From assembly GCA_963720385.1 (NCBI GenBank), contig CAVRFL010000018.1:25609-89608 (forward strand): 64,000 nucleotides of DNA, written 5' to 3'. A program made the translations under genes and the position numbers. Every line of letters starts with the position of its first letter. Within the stretch, counting starts at the first letter, position 1. The notes under the pieces are model-generated. The model had not been told where the DNA came from, did no database searches, and saw only the letters and a program-made list of their open reading frames with translations. Source of the stretch: an uncultured Alphaproteobacteria bacterium. GTDB taxonomy: Bacteria; Pseudomonadota; Alphaproteobacteria; Rhizobiales; Xanthobacteraceae. Below are positions 49,443 to 59,536 of the stretch, piece after piece.

Positions 49443-51297
49443 ATGACAACCGCACGCCATTTCGCAAACGTCAGCCTGCTCGCCATCGCGGTCGCGCTCG
49501 GCGCGACGTCCCTGCCCGCCTACGCCGACGCACCGCTCTCCGGCGCCATCACGTCCGCATCCGGCGAAAGAATGGGCGGCGTCACCGTGTCGGCGAAAGC
49601 CGAGGGCTCGACCATCACCACCAGCGTCTATACCGACGCCTCCGGGAATTTTTACTTCCCGCCGCTGCCGGAGGGAAATTATCGGGTGTGGGCGCAGGCG
49701 GTGCAGTTCGAGACCGCGCGCAGCAACGTGATAGTCGGCCAGTCGCGACAGCAGAACTTCGTTCTCAAGCCCATCACCGACCGGGAGGCCTGGATCCGGC
49801 AGCTGCCCGGCGACGAATTTTTGGCGGCGCTCCCCGGCGACACGCCGGAAGACTTCCGCATGAAGACCCAGGTGCGCAAGAACTGCACCGGCTGCCACAG
49901 CGCCAGCTATGCGCTGCAGCACCGCTTCGACGAGGAGGGCTGGTCCAAGATCCTCGACCTGATGAAGCAGGTGAACGTCAACGGCACCTATCCGCGCCCG
50001 GACAAGCGGATGACGCCCAACATCGACTTCCATCAGCGCGAGCTCGCCGACTATCTGGCGCGGGCGCGCGGGCCCGGCGAAAGTTCGATGCGATTCAATC
50101 TGCAGCCGCGTCCGTCCGGCGAGGCCGCGCGTATCGTCGTCAAGGAATATGACTTCCCGACCGAGGACAATCACGTCCAGACCAATGACGGCAGCGACTG
50201 GTCGCTCGGCACGCCATCCGAGAGCGGCCACATGGCCGGCGTCCATGACGCGGCCGCCGATCTCGACGGCAACATCTGGATCGTCTACTCGCGCCCGAGC
50301 CGCGTCACCTCCTACGCCCGCATCGACGCCAAGACCGGCGCGGTGAAGCATTTCACGATTCCGGATCGCCGTGGCATCGTCGCCGGCAGCCACGGCATCG
50401 TCCGCGACGAAAACGGCTTCCTGTGGTTCAACATCCGATCCCATGTGCGAGCGCCGGCACGGCGGCCTCGCCAAGCTCGATCCCAGGACCGAGAAGCTCG
50501 ACATCTATGTCCCGCCCACGACGATGTCGGGAACGTCGGGAACGATCGATGCGGACATGAAAGGCAATATCTGGGTCACGTCGGCTGACGGCGCGCTGCA
50601 CTTCAATATCGCCGAGGAAAGGTTCACCGAGTACAAATCGGTGACCCACAAGAACAAGCACGGCACTGCCACGGTGTACGGCCTTGCTGCCGACAGCGCC
50701 GGCAACGCCTGGTGGCTGCTGATGACCCAGGACCTCGTCAACTACAGCGACCTCACGACCGGCAAGGCGCACGAGTTCAAGCTGCCGCCGGAGCAGGCGG
50801 TGGTCGAGAACCTCACCCCGCAACAGGCGGCGATGTACGAAACATTCATCCCGCCGGACTTCAATGCTCCGTTCGCCTGGGCGCAAGGCGCCCGGCGCAT
50901 GGGCGCCGACAAGAACGGCAACCACGTCTGGATCGGCAACTCCTTCGGCGGCAACCTTGCCCGGGTCGACATCCACACCAAGGAAGTCACCCTGGTGCCG
51001 TTCCCGAATCCGGAGGCGCACCAGCCCTATCAGGTCAGCGTCGACAAGGACCACAACGTGTGGACGCACCTGTGGAGCGCCGACAAGGTGGCAAAATACA
51101 ATCCGTCGACATCGCAATGGACCTTGTTCGACCTGCCCAATCGCGGCACCGAGTCGCGGCACCTGTCGCTGCTGGAACGCGAAGGCCAGCCGATGCAGGT
51201 GATCGTCCCCTACTACCGCACACGAAAGGTCGCGGTAATCACGCCGCGTAGCGAAGCCGACCTGGAGGCGCTCAGGAGCCAGGCCAGCCGGCCTTAG
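49443..51297 (+). pseudogene. CarboxypepD_reg-like domain + heme c (CTGCH) + beta-propeller protein, apparent frameshift near 50430-50450
   Basis: Track ORF 49443..50588 carries the signal peptide, GVTVSAKAEGSTITTSVYTDASGNFYFPPLPEGNYRVWA and CTGCH. After ...DENGFLWFNI it continues in ORF 50371..51297 as ...GGLAKLDPRTEKLDIYVPP.... Confidence 0.7.
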
Positions 51298-51367
51298 GCC
51301 ACCGGTCGCCACCGAATAATCACGTTGGCGGAAGCGCGCTTACAGCGCTCCGCAGGGGGAGGACACC

Positions 51368-52327
51368 ATGCGCATTGCTGCCGCCGTGGCGCTCGTTGCC
51401 ACATTCGCGATAGTCCCAGGTTTTGGTTCGCTGCAGGGGCAGACTTGGCAGATGCCGCCCGACGGGCAGCGCTGCCCCTCCCGTTGGGGCGCCGAAGACC
51501 AGCGCGGTTCGGGAAACTGGATGAAACCCGAGACGGTCCTGCGCGCTGCCAAGCTGATCCGCACCGGCGAGGTGTTCGAACTGGGCGCGATCTTGTCGCC
51601 CGATCCGAAGGAGGCCTTCATCAACGCTGGCCGCCAGTTCAGCATCTACACCAAGCCGTCGCCGCCGGTGCCGAACGGTCGCCAGGTCAACGAAGAACTC
51701 GTCATCACCGAGCTTGGCCAGATCGGTACTCAGATCGACGCGTTCTCGCACCAGATGTGGGGGGACAGCTTTTACAATTGCCACAAGCTCAATGAGATTG
51801 GGACGCGCAGCGGATTCAAGAAGCTCGGCGTCGAGTACGTGGGCAGCCTCATGACCCGCGGCGTGCTGATCGATGTTGCAGGTCTGAAAGGCGTCGACCT
51901 GCTGCCGACCTCGTACAGCATCACGGCGGATGATCTGCAGCAGGCCCTGGCGCGCCAGAAGTTGACGTTACAGCCCGGAGATGCGGTCATCATTCGCACC
52001 GGCTGGTCGAAGCTCATGGGCAAGGACAACCAGCGCTATGGCAGGGCGAACGCCGGCATCGGCATCGCGGCGGGGCAATGGCTTGTCACCCAGGACCCGA
52101 TGATGATCGCCGCCGACAATTGCTGCGTCGAGGTGCGGCCCTCCGAGCCGCCGCACAGCCTGCCGATTCATTCGATGATGCTGATCCAGCACGGCATCTA
52201 TCTGCTGGAGAACCTGGTGCTGGAACAGCTCGCAGCGGCGGGCGCGCACGAATTCGCTTTCATCGTACAGCCGCTGAAGATCAAGGGCGGCACCGGCTCG
52301 GCGATTGCGCCGATCGCCATCCGCTAA
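51368..52327 (+). CDS. cyclase-family protein (kynurenine formamidase-like), secreted
   Basis: Signal peptide plus the cyclase pattern (GTQIDAFSH...GVLIDVAG...PGDAVIIRTGW). Confidence 0.8.
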   Translation: MRIAAAVALVATFAIVPGFGSLQGQTWQMPPDGQRCPSRWGAEDQRGSGNWMKPETVLRAAKLIRTGEVFELGAILSPDPKEAFINAGRQFSIYTKPSPPVPNGRQVNEELVITELGQIGTQIDAFSHQMWGDSFYNCHKLNEIGTRSGFKKLGVEYVGSLMTRGVLIDVAGLKGVDLLPTSYSITADDLQQALARQKLTLQPGDAVIIRTGWSKLMGKDNQRYGRANAGIGIAAGQWLVTQDPMMIAADNCCVEVRPSEPPHSLPIHSMMLIQHGIYLLENLVLEQLAAAGAHEFAFIVQPLKIKGGTGSAIAPIAIR

Positions 52328-52350
52328 GGAAACCGCTCGCGGAGGAGCCA

Positions 52351-53436
52351 ATGATCAATCGTCGCGGGTTCCTGCGCCACGTTGCGGCGACCGGCGTGGT
52401 CTGTGTCGCCTGCGGGATGCGGCACGCGACGGCGCAGACGCGACGGCAGGTCGTGGTGGGCGGCCGGCAGGTGCGAACCGTCGACGTGCATGCGCATTGC
52501 GCCGTGCCCGCCGTGCTCGATCTGGTCAAGGGCACCGGGATGGAAAAGGCTGCGCTCAACCAGGTCAAAGGCAGGCTCGGATTCCCGGTCGGCGCGGAAC
52601 GCGTTGCCGACATGGACGCCGACGGGATCGATGTGCAAGCGCTCAGCATCAATGCGTTCTGGTACGGCGCCGACCGCGACCTCGCCCGGCGCATCTTCGA
52701 CGTCCAAGCGGCAAAAATGGCGGAGATGTGCAAGGCCATTCCCGGCCGCTTCGTCGGTTACGCGCCGGTGACATTGCAGCATCCTGAGATTGCCGCCGAA
52801 CAGCTCGAGCGCGGCATGAAGGAGCTTGGCTTCATCGGAGCGGGCATTGCGGGCAACGTCGAGCGTGAAGAATTGGCCTCCGCGCGTTTCGACCCGTTCT
52901 GGAAGAAGGCTGAGGAACTGCAGGCGTTGGTCTTTATCCATCCTCAGGGGGGCAGTCATCTATCGACCGGCATCGCCAATCGCGTGCAAGGCAGCGGCGC
53001 CCTTCGCAACGTGATCGGCAACCCGCTGGAAACCAGCCTGGCGCTTGCGCACCTGATTTTCCAGGGCACGCTCGACAAATTCCCGAACCTGAAGATCTGC
53101 GCGGCCCACGGCGGCGGCTACCTGCCCTCCTACGCGGCGCGCATGGATCATGGCTGCTCGGTGTTCCCCGACGAGTGCAAGGCTCCGGTTCTCAAGAAGA
53201 AGCCCAGCGAGTATCTCAAGCAGCTCTATTTCGACACCCTGGTGTTCACCGGCGAGGGGTTGCGGCACCTGGTCGCCGAGCACGGCGCGAGCCAGCTCGT
53301 GATCGGAACCGACTATGCCGTGCCGTGGGTGAAGGGTCCGGTCGACCATGTCCTCGATACGCCGGGCCTCACCGACGACGAGCGCATCGCCATTCTCGGC
53401 GGCAATGCGGCCAAGCTGATAAAGCTGCCGGCGTAA
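52351..53436 (+). CDS. amidohydrolase-2 (ACMSD-like) family protein with a Tat-type signal
   Basis: GGAGGAG RBS. MINRRGFLRHVAATG... then VDVHAHC...FIHPQG...AHGGG..., a metal-binding His pattern. Confidence 0.8.
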   Translation: MINRRGFLRHVAATGVVCVACGMRHATAQTRRQVVVGGRQVRTVDVHAHCAVPAVLDLVKGTGMEKAALNQVKGRLGFPVGAERVADMDADGIDVQALSINAFWYGADRDLARRIFDVQAAKMAEMCKAIPGRFVGYAPVTLQHPEIAAEQLERGMKELGFIGAGIAGNVEREELASARFDPFWKKAEELQALVFIHPQGGSHLSTGIANRVQGSGALRNVIGNPLETSLALAHLIFQGTLDKFPNLKICAAHGGGYLPSYAARMDHGCSVFPDECKAPVLKKKPSEYLKQLYFDTLVFTGEGLRHLVAEHGASQLVIGTDYAVPWVKGPVDHVLDTPGLTDDERIAILGGNAAKLIKLPA

Positions 53437-53453
53437 ATCAGGGAACCGGATCG

Positions 53454-54425
53454 ATGGTTACGATCAGGCCTATGTTCTCTCGGCTCGCGGGCGTGATCGT
53501 CGCGGCCATTGCCGTCTTGGTCGTGCCGACAGGCGCCTGGCCCCAATCGCGAACAATCCGGATCGTCGTTCCGTTCGCGCCCGCGGGCGGCTCCGACATC
53601 CTGGCCCGCCTCGTCGCCAATCACATCAGCCGGGTTCACGGGCCGACGGTGGTGGTCGAGAACCGCCCGGGAGCCGGCACAGTGATCGCGACCGAAGCCG
53701 TCGTGCGTGCCGCACCTGACGGCAACACGGTTCTGATCGTGGGAAACTCCTTCGTCATCAATCCCAACATGAAGAAGTTGAACTATGACCCACTGACCAG
53801 CTTTGAGCCGATCTGCCACCTCACGCGCTCGCCGAATATCGTCGCCGTCCACGCCCAGTCGCCGCACCACACGCTTGCCGACCTGGTCGATGCGGCTCGC
53901 GCCAAGCCGGGCGAGGTGACGATGGCCGTCAACGGGCCGGCGACCTCCCAGCACATCGGCTTTGAGATGCTCAAATATGCCGCCAAGATCAATCTTGCCT
54001 TGGTGCCATTCCAGGGCGGCAGCCCGGCCGTGAACGCGTTGCTCGGGCAGCACGTGGACTCGCTGTTCTCCAACTATCCGACGGCAGCCGAGTTGCTCAA
54101 GACCGGCAAGCTGCGCCCGCTCGCGGTTGGCTCGCGGGCGCGGATCGAGCCGATGCCTGACCTGCCGACGATCGCCGAGTCCGGCTACCAGGACTACGAG
54201 GAGGACGTCTGGTTCGGAGTGGTCGCGCCGGCCAGGACGCCCAAGGCTGCTCTGACCCAGCTCGCCGACTGGTTCACCGAAGCCGTGCATGCCCCCGACG
54301 TCAAATCGAAACTGGCCGCTCAGGAACTCTACCCGGTCGGCTTATGTGGCGCCGATTTCGCCGCCCACCTTCGCAAGCAACATTCAGATTACGGCCGCAT
54401 CATTCGCGAGGCGAATATCAAGTAG
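53454..54425 (+). CDS. Bug/TctC-family periplasmic solute-binding protein
   Basis: RTIRIVVPFAPAGGSDILARLVA...VVVENRPGAGTVIATEAVVRAAPDGNTVLI. Confidence 0.9.
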   Translation: MVTIRPMFSRLAGVIVAAIAVLVVPTGAWPQSRTIRIVVPFAPAGGSDILARLVANHISRVHGPTVVVENRPGAGTVIATEAVVRAAPDGNTVLIVGNSFVINPNMKKLNYDPLTSFEPICHLTRSPNIVAVHAQSPHHTLADLVDAARAKPGEVTMAVNGPATSQHIGFEMLKYAAKINLALVPFQGGSPAVNALLGQHVDSLFSNYPTAAELLKTGKLRPLAVGSRARIEPMPDLPTIAESGYQDYEEDVWFGVVAPARTPKAALTQLADWFTEAVHAPDVKSKLAAQELYPVGLCGADFAAHLRKQHSDYGRIIREANIK

Positions 54426-54461
54426 ACTATGAGGCACGGTTAGCCCGGTCGGAGGAAGGTC

Positions 54462-55418
54462 ATGGTCAAGGGTTTGGTCGCCGCATGCATCGCAATGTCG
54501 TTGTTTGCGCTCGCCGGTCACGATGCCTGGTCGCAGGCACGGACCATCAGGATTGTCGTTCCGTTCCCGGCGGGCGGCAGCGCCGATACCCTGGCCCGCC
54601 TCCTGGGCGAGCACATCGCCAAAACCCAGGGGCCCTCGGTGGTCATCGAGAACCGCCCGGGTGGCGGCGCGTCGATCGCCTACGAAGCAGTCGCCCGCGC
54701 CGCGCCGGACGGCAATACGCTGGTGATCAACGGCAACTCGATCGTCATCAATCCGCATTTGCGGAAAGTGAACTACGATCCGCTCACGAGCTTTGAACCG
54801 GTCTGCTATCTCCTGAGTTCGCCGCAGGTGATTGTCGTCAACGCAAGCTCGCCCTACAAGACGCTCGCCGAGTTCGTCGCCGGAACTAAAGCCCAAGCCG
54901 GCACGCTCGTGTTCGCGACCGTCGGTCCTGCAACCACGCAACACATCGGGTTCGAGCAGTTCCGGCAACTGTCGAAGATCGACGTCACTTATGTGCCGTA
55001 CCCCGGCGGTGCTCCGGCGATGACCGCGTTGCTCGGCGGCCATGTGCAGGCGGTGCTGACGAACTATTCGGAGGCCGTGGAACTGTTGCAGGCCGGCAAG
55101 GTACGCGCGCTCGCCTCGGGGTCGCTGAAGCGCATTCCGCCGCTTCCCGACGTGCCGACCGTCGATGAGCTCGGTTACAAGGGTTATAACGTCGAGGTCT
55201 GGTTCGGCGTGCTGGCGCCGGCGAAAACCCCCAAGAGTTCGACCACGCAGCTCGCGTCCTGGTTCCAGGCCGCGCTCAAGGCGCCGGAACTCACGCCCCC
55301 GCTGCTCAAGCTCGGGCTTTATCCGGTCGGCACCTGCCTCGACGATTTCGCCGCCCACATTCGCAGCCAGTACGAGGAGTATGGCCGCGTCATTCGCGAG
55401 TCGGGCATCAAGGAATAA
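54462..55418 (+). CDS. Bug/TctC-family periplasmic solute-binding protein
   Basis: RTIRIVVPFPAGGSADTLARLLG...VVIENRPGGGASIAYEAVARAAPDGNTLVI. Confidence 0.9.
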   Translation: MVKGLVAACIAMSLFALAGHDAWSQARTIRIVVPFPAGGSADTLARLLGEHIAKTQGPSVVIENRPGGGASIAYEAVARAAPDGNTLVINGNSIVINPHLRKVNYDPLTSFEPVCYLLSSPQVIVVNASSPYKTLAEFVAGTKAQAGTLVFATVGPATTQHIGFEQFRQLSKIDVTYVPYPGGAPAMTALLGGHVQAVLTNYSEAVELLQAGKVRALASGSLKRIPPLPDVPTVDELGYKGYNVEVWFGVLAPAKTPKSSTTQLASWFQAALKAPELTPPLLKLGLYPVGTCLDDFAAHIRSQYEEYGRVIRESGIKE

Positions 55419-55424
55419 CGCCTC

Positions 55425-56462
55425 GTGCCATTGAACAACCAAGATCGCGTGGTTACCGCAGCCTTGCTATTTGCCGCAGTCTCACTGGCCGTGCCCGCGA
55501 AGGCGCAGACCATCGAGGAGTTCTACCGAAAGACCCCGGTCCAGCTCCTCATCGGCTTTCCGGTCGCCAACGCTTACGACACCTATGGCCGCGCAGTCGC
55601 CCGCCATCTCGGCAAGCACATCCCGGGCAACCCGACCGTCATCCCGGTGAACCGGCCGGGTGCCGGCAGCCTCACGGCGGCGAATTTTCTCTACAACGCC
55701 GCGCCGAAGGACGGCTCGACCATCGCCCACTTCAATCGCAGCGTGCCGCTTGAACCGCTGATGGGCAACGCCGCCGCCAAGTTCGACGGCAGGAAGTTCA
55801 CCTGGCTCGGCAGCGTCGGCAACGAGGTCAGCGTCTGCGTCGGCTGGCACACCGCTGCGGTCAAGACCTGGAGCGATTTCCTGACCAAGGATTTCGTCGC
55901 CGGGGCGGCTGGACTGGGTGCCGACACCGGCGTCTTCCCGACGGTGCTGAAGAACCTGTTCGGCGCCAGGATCAAGATCATCACCGGTTATCCCGGCGGC
56001 GCCGAAATGTCGCTCGCCATGGAGCGGGGCGAGATCGACGGACGCTGCGGCTGGTCATGGAGCGGCGTCAAGAGCAGCAAGCCGGAATGGATCAGCGGGC
56101 GCCAGATCAACGTCCTCGTACAGCTTGGACTCCAGAAGAGCGCTGAGCTCCCTGATGTCCCGCTAATCATGGACCAAGCCACCACCGACGATCAGCGGCA
56201 GATTCTGCGGCTGGTCTTCAGCCGACAGGAATTCGCCTGGCCGTTCGCGGCCCCGCCGGACATTCCCGCGGACCGGGCTCAGGCACTGCGCAACGCCTTC
56301 GCCGCGACGCTCAGGGACCCGGAATTCCTTGAGGACGCCAAGAAAACCCAGATCGACGTCAATCCGATCTCGGCGGCTGCTGTTGATCGACTGATCGGCG
56401 AGCTTTACGCGGCTCCGGAGCCAGCCCTGGCAAAGCTGCGGAGCGTGCTTAACACACAGTGA
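55425..56462 (+). CDS. Bug-related periplasmic binding protein (divergent subfamily), GTG start
   Basis: Signal peptide; VIPVNRPGAGSLTAANFLYNAAPKDGSTIA. Paralogous to 59537..60667. Confidence 0.7.
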   Translation: MPLNNQDRVVTAALLFAAVSLAVPAKAQTIEEFYRKTPVQLLIGFPVANAYDTYGRAVARHLGKHIPGNPTVIPVNRPGAGSLTAANFLYNAAPKDGSTIAHFNRSVPLEPLMGNAAAKFDGRKFTWLGSVGNEVSVCVGWHTAAVKTWSDFLTKDFVAGAAGLGADTGVFPTVLKNLFGARIKIITGYPGGAEMSLAMERGEIDGRCGWSWSGVKSSKPEWISGRQINVLVQLGLQKSAELPDVPLIMDQATTDDQRQILRLVFSRQEFAWPFAAPPDIPADRAQALRNAFAATLRDPEFLEDAKKTQIDVNPISAAAVDRLIGELYAAPEPALAKLRSVLNTQ

Positions 56463-56487
56463 GCGGCGTACAACACCGCGGCGGCAA

Positions 56488-57036
56488 TCAGAACGCTCCG
56501 TCGTGCGAGGAAATCGCGATGACGCAGGGCGTATCCGAGCAATTCGACCAGGCGTGATTGGTCCCGCGCTGGATCACGGTATCACCGGCCTTCAGTTGCA
56601 CCTCCTCGCTGTCAAGCACCAGCGTAATCTCGCCTTCGAGCACCAGGCAAAAATCGAGCGTTGACGTCTGTTGCATGTAGGGGTGGGGCGCCTTCGGTCC
56701 GAAGGTCGAGGCCTGCGGCGATCCCATGGCGCGGAAATAGGCCTCCACCTCACGCGCGCCGACCTTGCCGCGAAAGACGGCATCGGGCGGAAACGTCACG
56801 ATCCGGCATACCGAGCCGCGCGGCGGAGGTTCCAGCGCGTGCGGCATGTGAACCGTGTCGCGGATGCCCTTCATGCGCGCCGGCGTCGCGTCGGTGACCC
56901 AGATGCGCGTCGAAGCGAAGCCGGGCCGTGCCGGATCGGTGCGCACGTCCGGCGCCGGCCCGTCTGCGATGGCTTCCGACCGGCCCTCGGCATTGTCGAT
57001 GCAGACGATCCGGCGAACCGGTTTCACGCCGTCCAT
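56488..57036 (-). CDS. cupin domain protein
   Basis: Beta-barrel cupin C-terminus (DFCLVLEGEITLVLDSEEVQLKAGDTVIQRGTNHAWSN). Tandem paralog of the next gene. Confidence 0.75.
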   Translation of the reverse strand: MDGVKPVRRIVCIDNAEGRSEAIADGPAPDVRTDPARPGFASTRIWVTDATPARMKGIRDTVHMPHALEPPPRGSVCRIVTFPPDAVFRGKVGAREVEAYFRAMGSPQASTFGPKAPHPYMQQTSTLDFCLVLEGEITLVLDSEEVQLKAGDTVIQRGTNHAWSNCSDTPCVIAISSHDGAF

Positions 57037-57043
57037 GTCACCC

Positions 57044-57604
57044 CTATTCGTCGAATTTCGCGCCCATCATGACGAAGGCCATGGTGACGTCGCTGCGCTC
57101 GCTCGACCACAGGTGCCAATTGCCGAGCTGCACCACGACGTCGCCGGGCCTCATCACCAGCGTGCCGGTATCGAGCACCAGCACGCGCTCGCCGGACAGC
57201 ATGATCCCGTAGTCCACTGTTTCCGACTTGTGCATCGCGGAGGTGTGCGCACTCTGCCCGCCCCGCACCAGTACGCCGTCGTCACGCACCCTGGGTTCGT
57301 GGAACGGCACATAGCTTGGATCCTTGCTCAGGTCATAGCCGGGCGGCGGCTTGGTCGACTGTACGATGCGCAAGTGCCCGCCTGCCGCCGGCGGCTCGAA
57401 ATGATACGGCAAGGCGCCATCGTCGCGCTCGCCCGACAGCGGCGCCGGCGACTGCTGGTAGACCCAGAGATCGGTCATCCCGGCGCGCGGATTTTCCGGG
57501 CGCGGCACGGTGTTTGGCGCCGGGCCGTCATAGAGCACGCGCGAGCGGCCTTGCGCGTCGTTGCCGGTCACCACGCGGCGCACCGGCATCATCTGGTTGA
57601 TCAT
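57044..57604 (-). CDS. cupin domain protein
   Basis: VDYGIMLSGERVLVLDTGTLVMRPGDVVVQLGNWHLWSS. Confidence 0.75.
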   Translation of the reverse strand: MINQMMPVRRVVTGNDAQGRSRVLYDGPAPNTVPRPENPRAGMTDLWVYQQSPAPLSGERDDGALPYHFEPPAAGGHLRIVQSTKPPPGYDLSKDPSYVPFHEPRVRDDGVLVRGGQSAHTSAMHKSETVDYGIMLSGERVLVLDTGTLVMRPGDVVVQLGNWHLWSSERSDVTMAFVMMGAKFDE

Positions 57605-57692
57605 GGATCTTCCTCAGGCCACTGCGCGTGAAAATTGCCAGCATTTCTGCGCTGTGTCACTATTCCACAGCGGCGAAGTGACAGGATGCGTC

Positions 57693-58652
57693 ATGGCCAG
57701 TCGAACAGCTTTGATCGCTGCGTTCTTGCTGTCCGATCTCGCAATCGCCGCGGCGCAGACCTTCCCGACCAAGCCCATCCGCATCATGGTGGGGCCGAGC
57801 CCGGACGCGGTGGCGCGTGTGGTCGGCCAGCACCTGCAGGAGACTTGGGGCCAGCCGGTGGTGATCGAGGCGCGCACCGGCGCGGGCGGGGCGCTTGCCG
57901 CGACCGCTGTCGCCAGTGCTGATCCGGACGGCCATACGCTGCTGTTCGCGACTCCCTCCTACACCCTCAACACGGTGCTCAAGACCGCGTCCTACGATGC
58001 GCTGCGGGACTTCGCGCCCGTCGGTTTGATCGGCACCGGCTCGTACACGCTGGTCGTGCATCCGAGCGTCCCGGCGAAATCGTTCGCCGAGCTGATCACG
58101 CTCGCCAGGGCGCAACCCGGAAAACTCAATTGTGCCTCCGCCGGCATCGGCACCGCTCCGCAGATCGCCTGCGAAGCATTCAACAAAATCCCCGGCGTCA
58201 ATATCGTCCACGTCCCCTACCGCAACGTCAACGAAGCGATCTCCGGCGTAGTCGGCAACCACGTGCAGGTGTTTGTCGCGGTCTCGCTCATCGCACGGCA
58301 ACAGATGCAATCGAACTCGGTGCGCGCACTGGCGACCACTGGCGCCAAGCGCTCGCAATTGCTGCCGGAGCTGCCCACTATTGCGGAGTCCGGCTATCCG
58401 AACATCGTACTGGGGAGCTGGAACGGATTTTTCGCGCCGGTGCGCACGCCGAGACCGGTGTTGCAGAAAATCAACGACGAGGTCCTGCGCGGCCTGGAAC
58501 AGCCGAAGGTGCGCGAGCGGCTCATCACGCTAGGTCAGGAATTCCAGCCGCTCGACCTTGCCGGCTACCGCGCCTTTGTCGAGGCCGATCTCGAGCGCTG
58601 GTCAGTGCTGATCGAGCAGATCGGCCGCGAGCGGCTGGTGTCGGGGCCCTAG
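57693..58652 (+). CDS. Bug/TctC-family periplasmic solute-binding protein
   Basis: KPIRIMVGPSPDAVARVVGQHLQETWGQPVVIEARTGAGGALAATAVASADPDGHTLLF. ATG at 57693. Confidence 0.85.
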   Translation: MASRTALIAAFLLSDLAIAAAQTFPTKPIRIMVGPSPDAVARVVGQHLQETWGQPVVIEARTGAGGALAATAVASADPDGHTLLFATPSYTLNTVLKTASYDALRDFAPVGLIGTGSYTLVVHPSVPAKSFAELITLARAQPGKLNCASAGIGTAPQIACEAFNKIPGVNIVHVPYRNVNEAISGVVGNHVQVFVAVSLIARQQMQSNSVRALATTGAKRSQLLPELPTIAESGYPNIVLGSWNGFFAPVRTPRPVLQKINDEVLRGLEQPKVRERLITLGQEFQPLDLAGYRAFVEADLERWSVLIEQIGRERLVSGP

Positions 58653-58661
58653 CGGTCGCTA

Positions 58662-59504
58662 TCAGAACCGCATCGCCTGCCCTTCGATGGTCAGTCGCCG
58701 CATCAAGCGGGGCTCATCACGAGGAAAGTCCTTGCGGGCGTGGATCGAGCACCAGTTGTCCCAGATCACGAGGTCGCCGAGCTTCCATTCGTGCTCGTAG
58801 ACAATGGCCGGGTCCTCCGAGATGTCGAAAAGCCGCTCCAGCGCAGCCTCGCGTTCGTCGCGCGAGAGCCCCAGAATCCGAGCCGACATCAGGCGGCTGA
58901 TGTAAAGCGCCTTCCTCCCGGTCGCGGGATGGGTGATGAAGATCGGCTGCTCGTGGTTGCGCACGCTGTTGAGGTCGATCTTATCGAGATCAAGCCGTTC
59001 GCGGCGCTTGTAGTCGTGGACTTGCAGGACCTTCTTGCCTTCGAGCTTGTCGCGCAGCGGGCGCGGGATGTTCTCGTACGCCTTGTACATGTTGGAGAAG
59101 CAGGTGTTGCCGCCCCAGGACGGAAGCTTCATCGAATAGAGCAAGGTCGCCCGGTGGGGCTCCGGATAGTAACTAGTGTCATGGTGAAACCACATCTCGC
59201 CGTCGCCGAAGACGCCGATCGACTTGCCGTTCTCGACGATGTTGGTGACCAGCATGAACGGCGTGTCGAACTGACCTCCGGGATCGCGGGTCGTGGTCGG
59301 CTTTCGCCGGATATGAACCTTGCCGAAATACCCGGCAGCGTGGAGCTGATCGTCCTCCGACAGCTCCTGCTCGCGGAACACCACGAAGATATATTGATCG
59401 AAGGCGTCTCTGATCGCCTTCACGGCGGCGGCGTCGAGCGGCTTGCGCAGATCGAGCCCGGTGATCTCGGCGCCGAGCGCCTTGGACAACGGCGTAACTT
59501 TCAT
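58662..59504 (-). CDS. TauD/TfdA-family Fe(II)/2-oxoglutarate dioxygenase
   Basis: MKVTPLSKALGAEITGLDL...WHHDTSY...NTCFSNM...WDNWCSIHAR. An alternative start at 59531 is possible. Confidence 0.85.
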   Translation of the reverse strand: MKVTPLSKALGAEITGLDLRKPLDAAAVKAIRDAFDQYIFVVFREQELSEDDQLHAAGYFGKVHIRRKPTTTRDPGGQFDTPFMLVTNIVENGKSIGVFGDGEMWFHHDTSYYPEPHRATLLYSMKLPSWGGNTCFSNMYKAYENIPRPLRDKLEGKKVLQVHDYKRRERLDLDKIDLNSVRNHEQPIFITHPATGRKALYISRLMSARILGLSRDEREAALERLFDISEDPAIVYEHEWKLGDLVIWDNWCSIHARKDFPRDEPRLMRRLTIEGQAMRF

Positions 59505-59536
59505 GGCTTCGTCTCCTTCTTGTTTTCTCATTCCAA

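Noticed and set aside
47156-50504. ORFs 47156..48955 (+, 599 aa) and 49227..50504 (-, 425 aa).
   Set aside because: They are antisense to the Mo-hydroxylase and to the cytochrome/propeller genes, so they are GC-bias artefacts.
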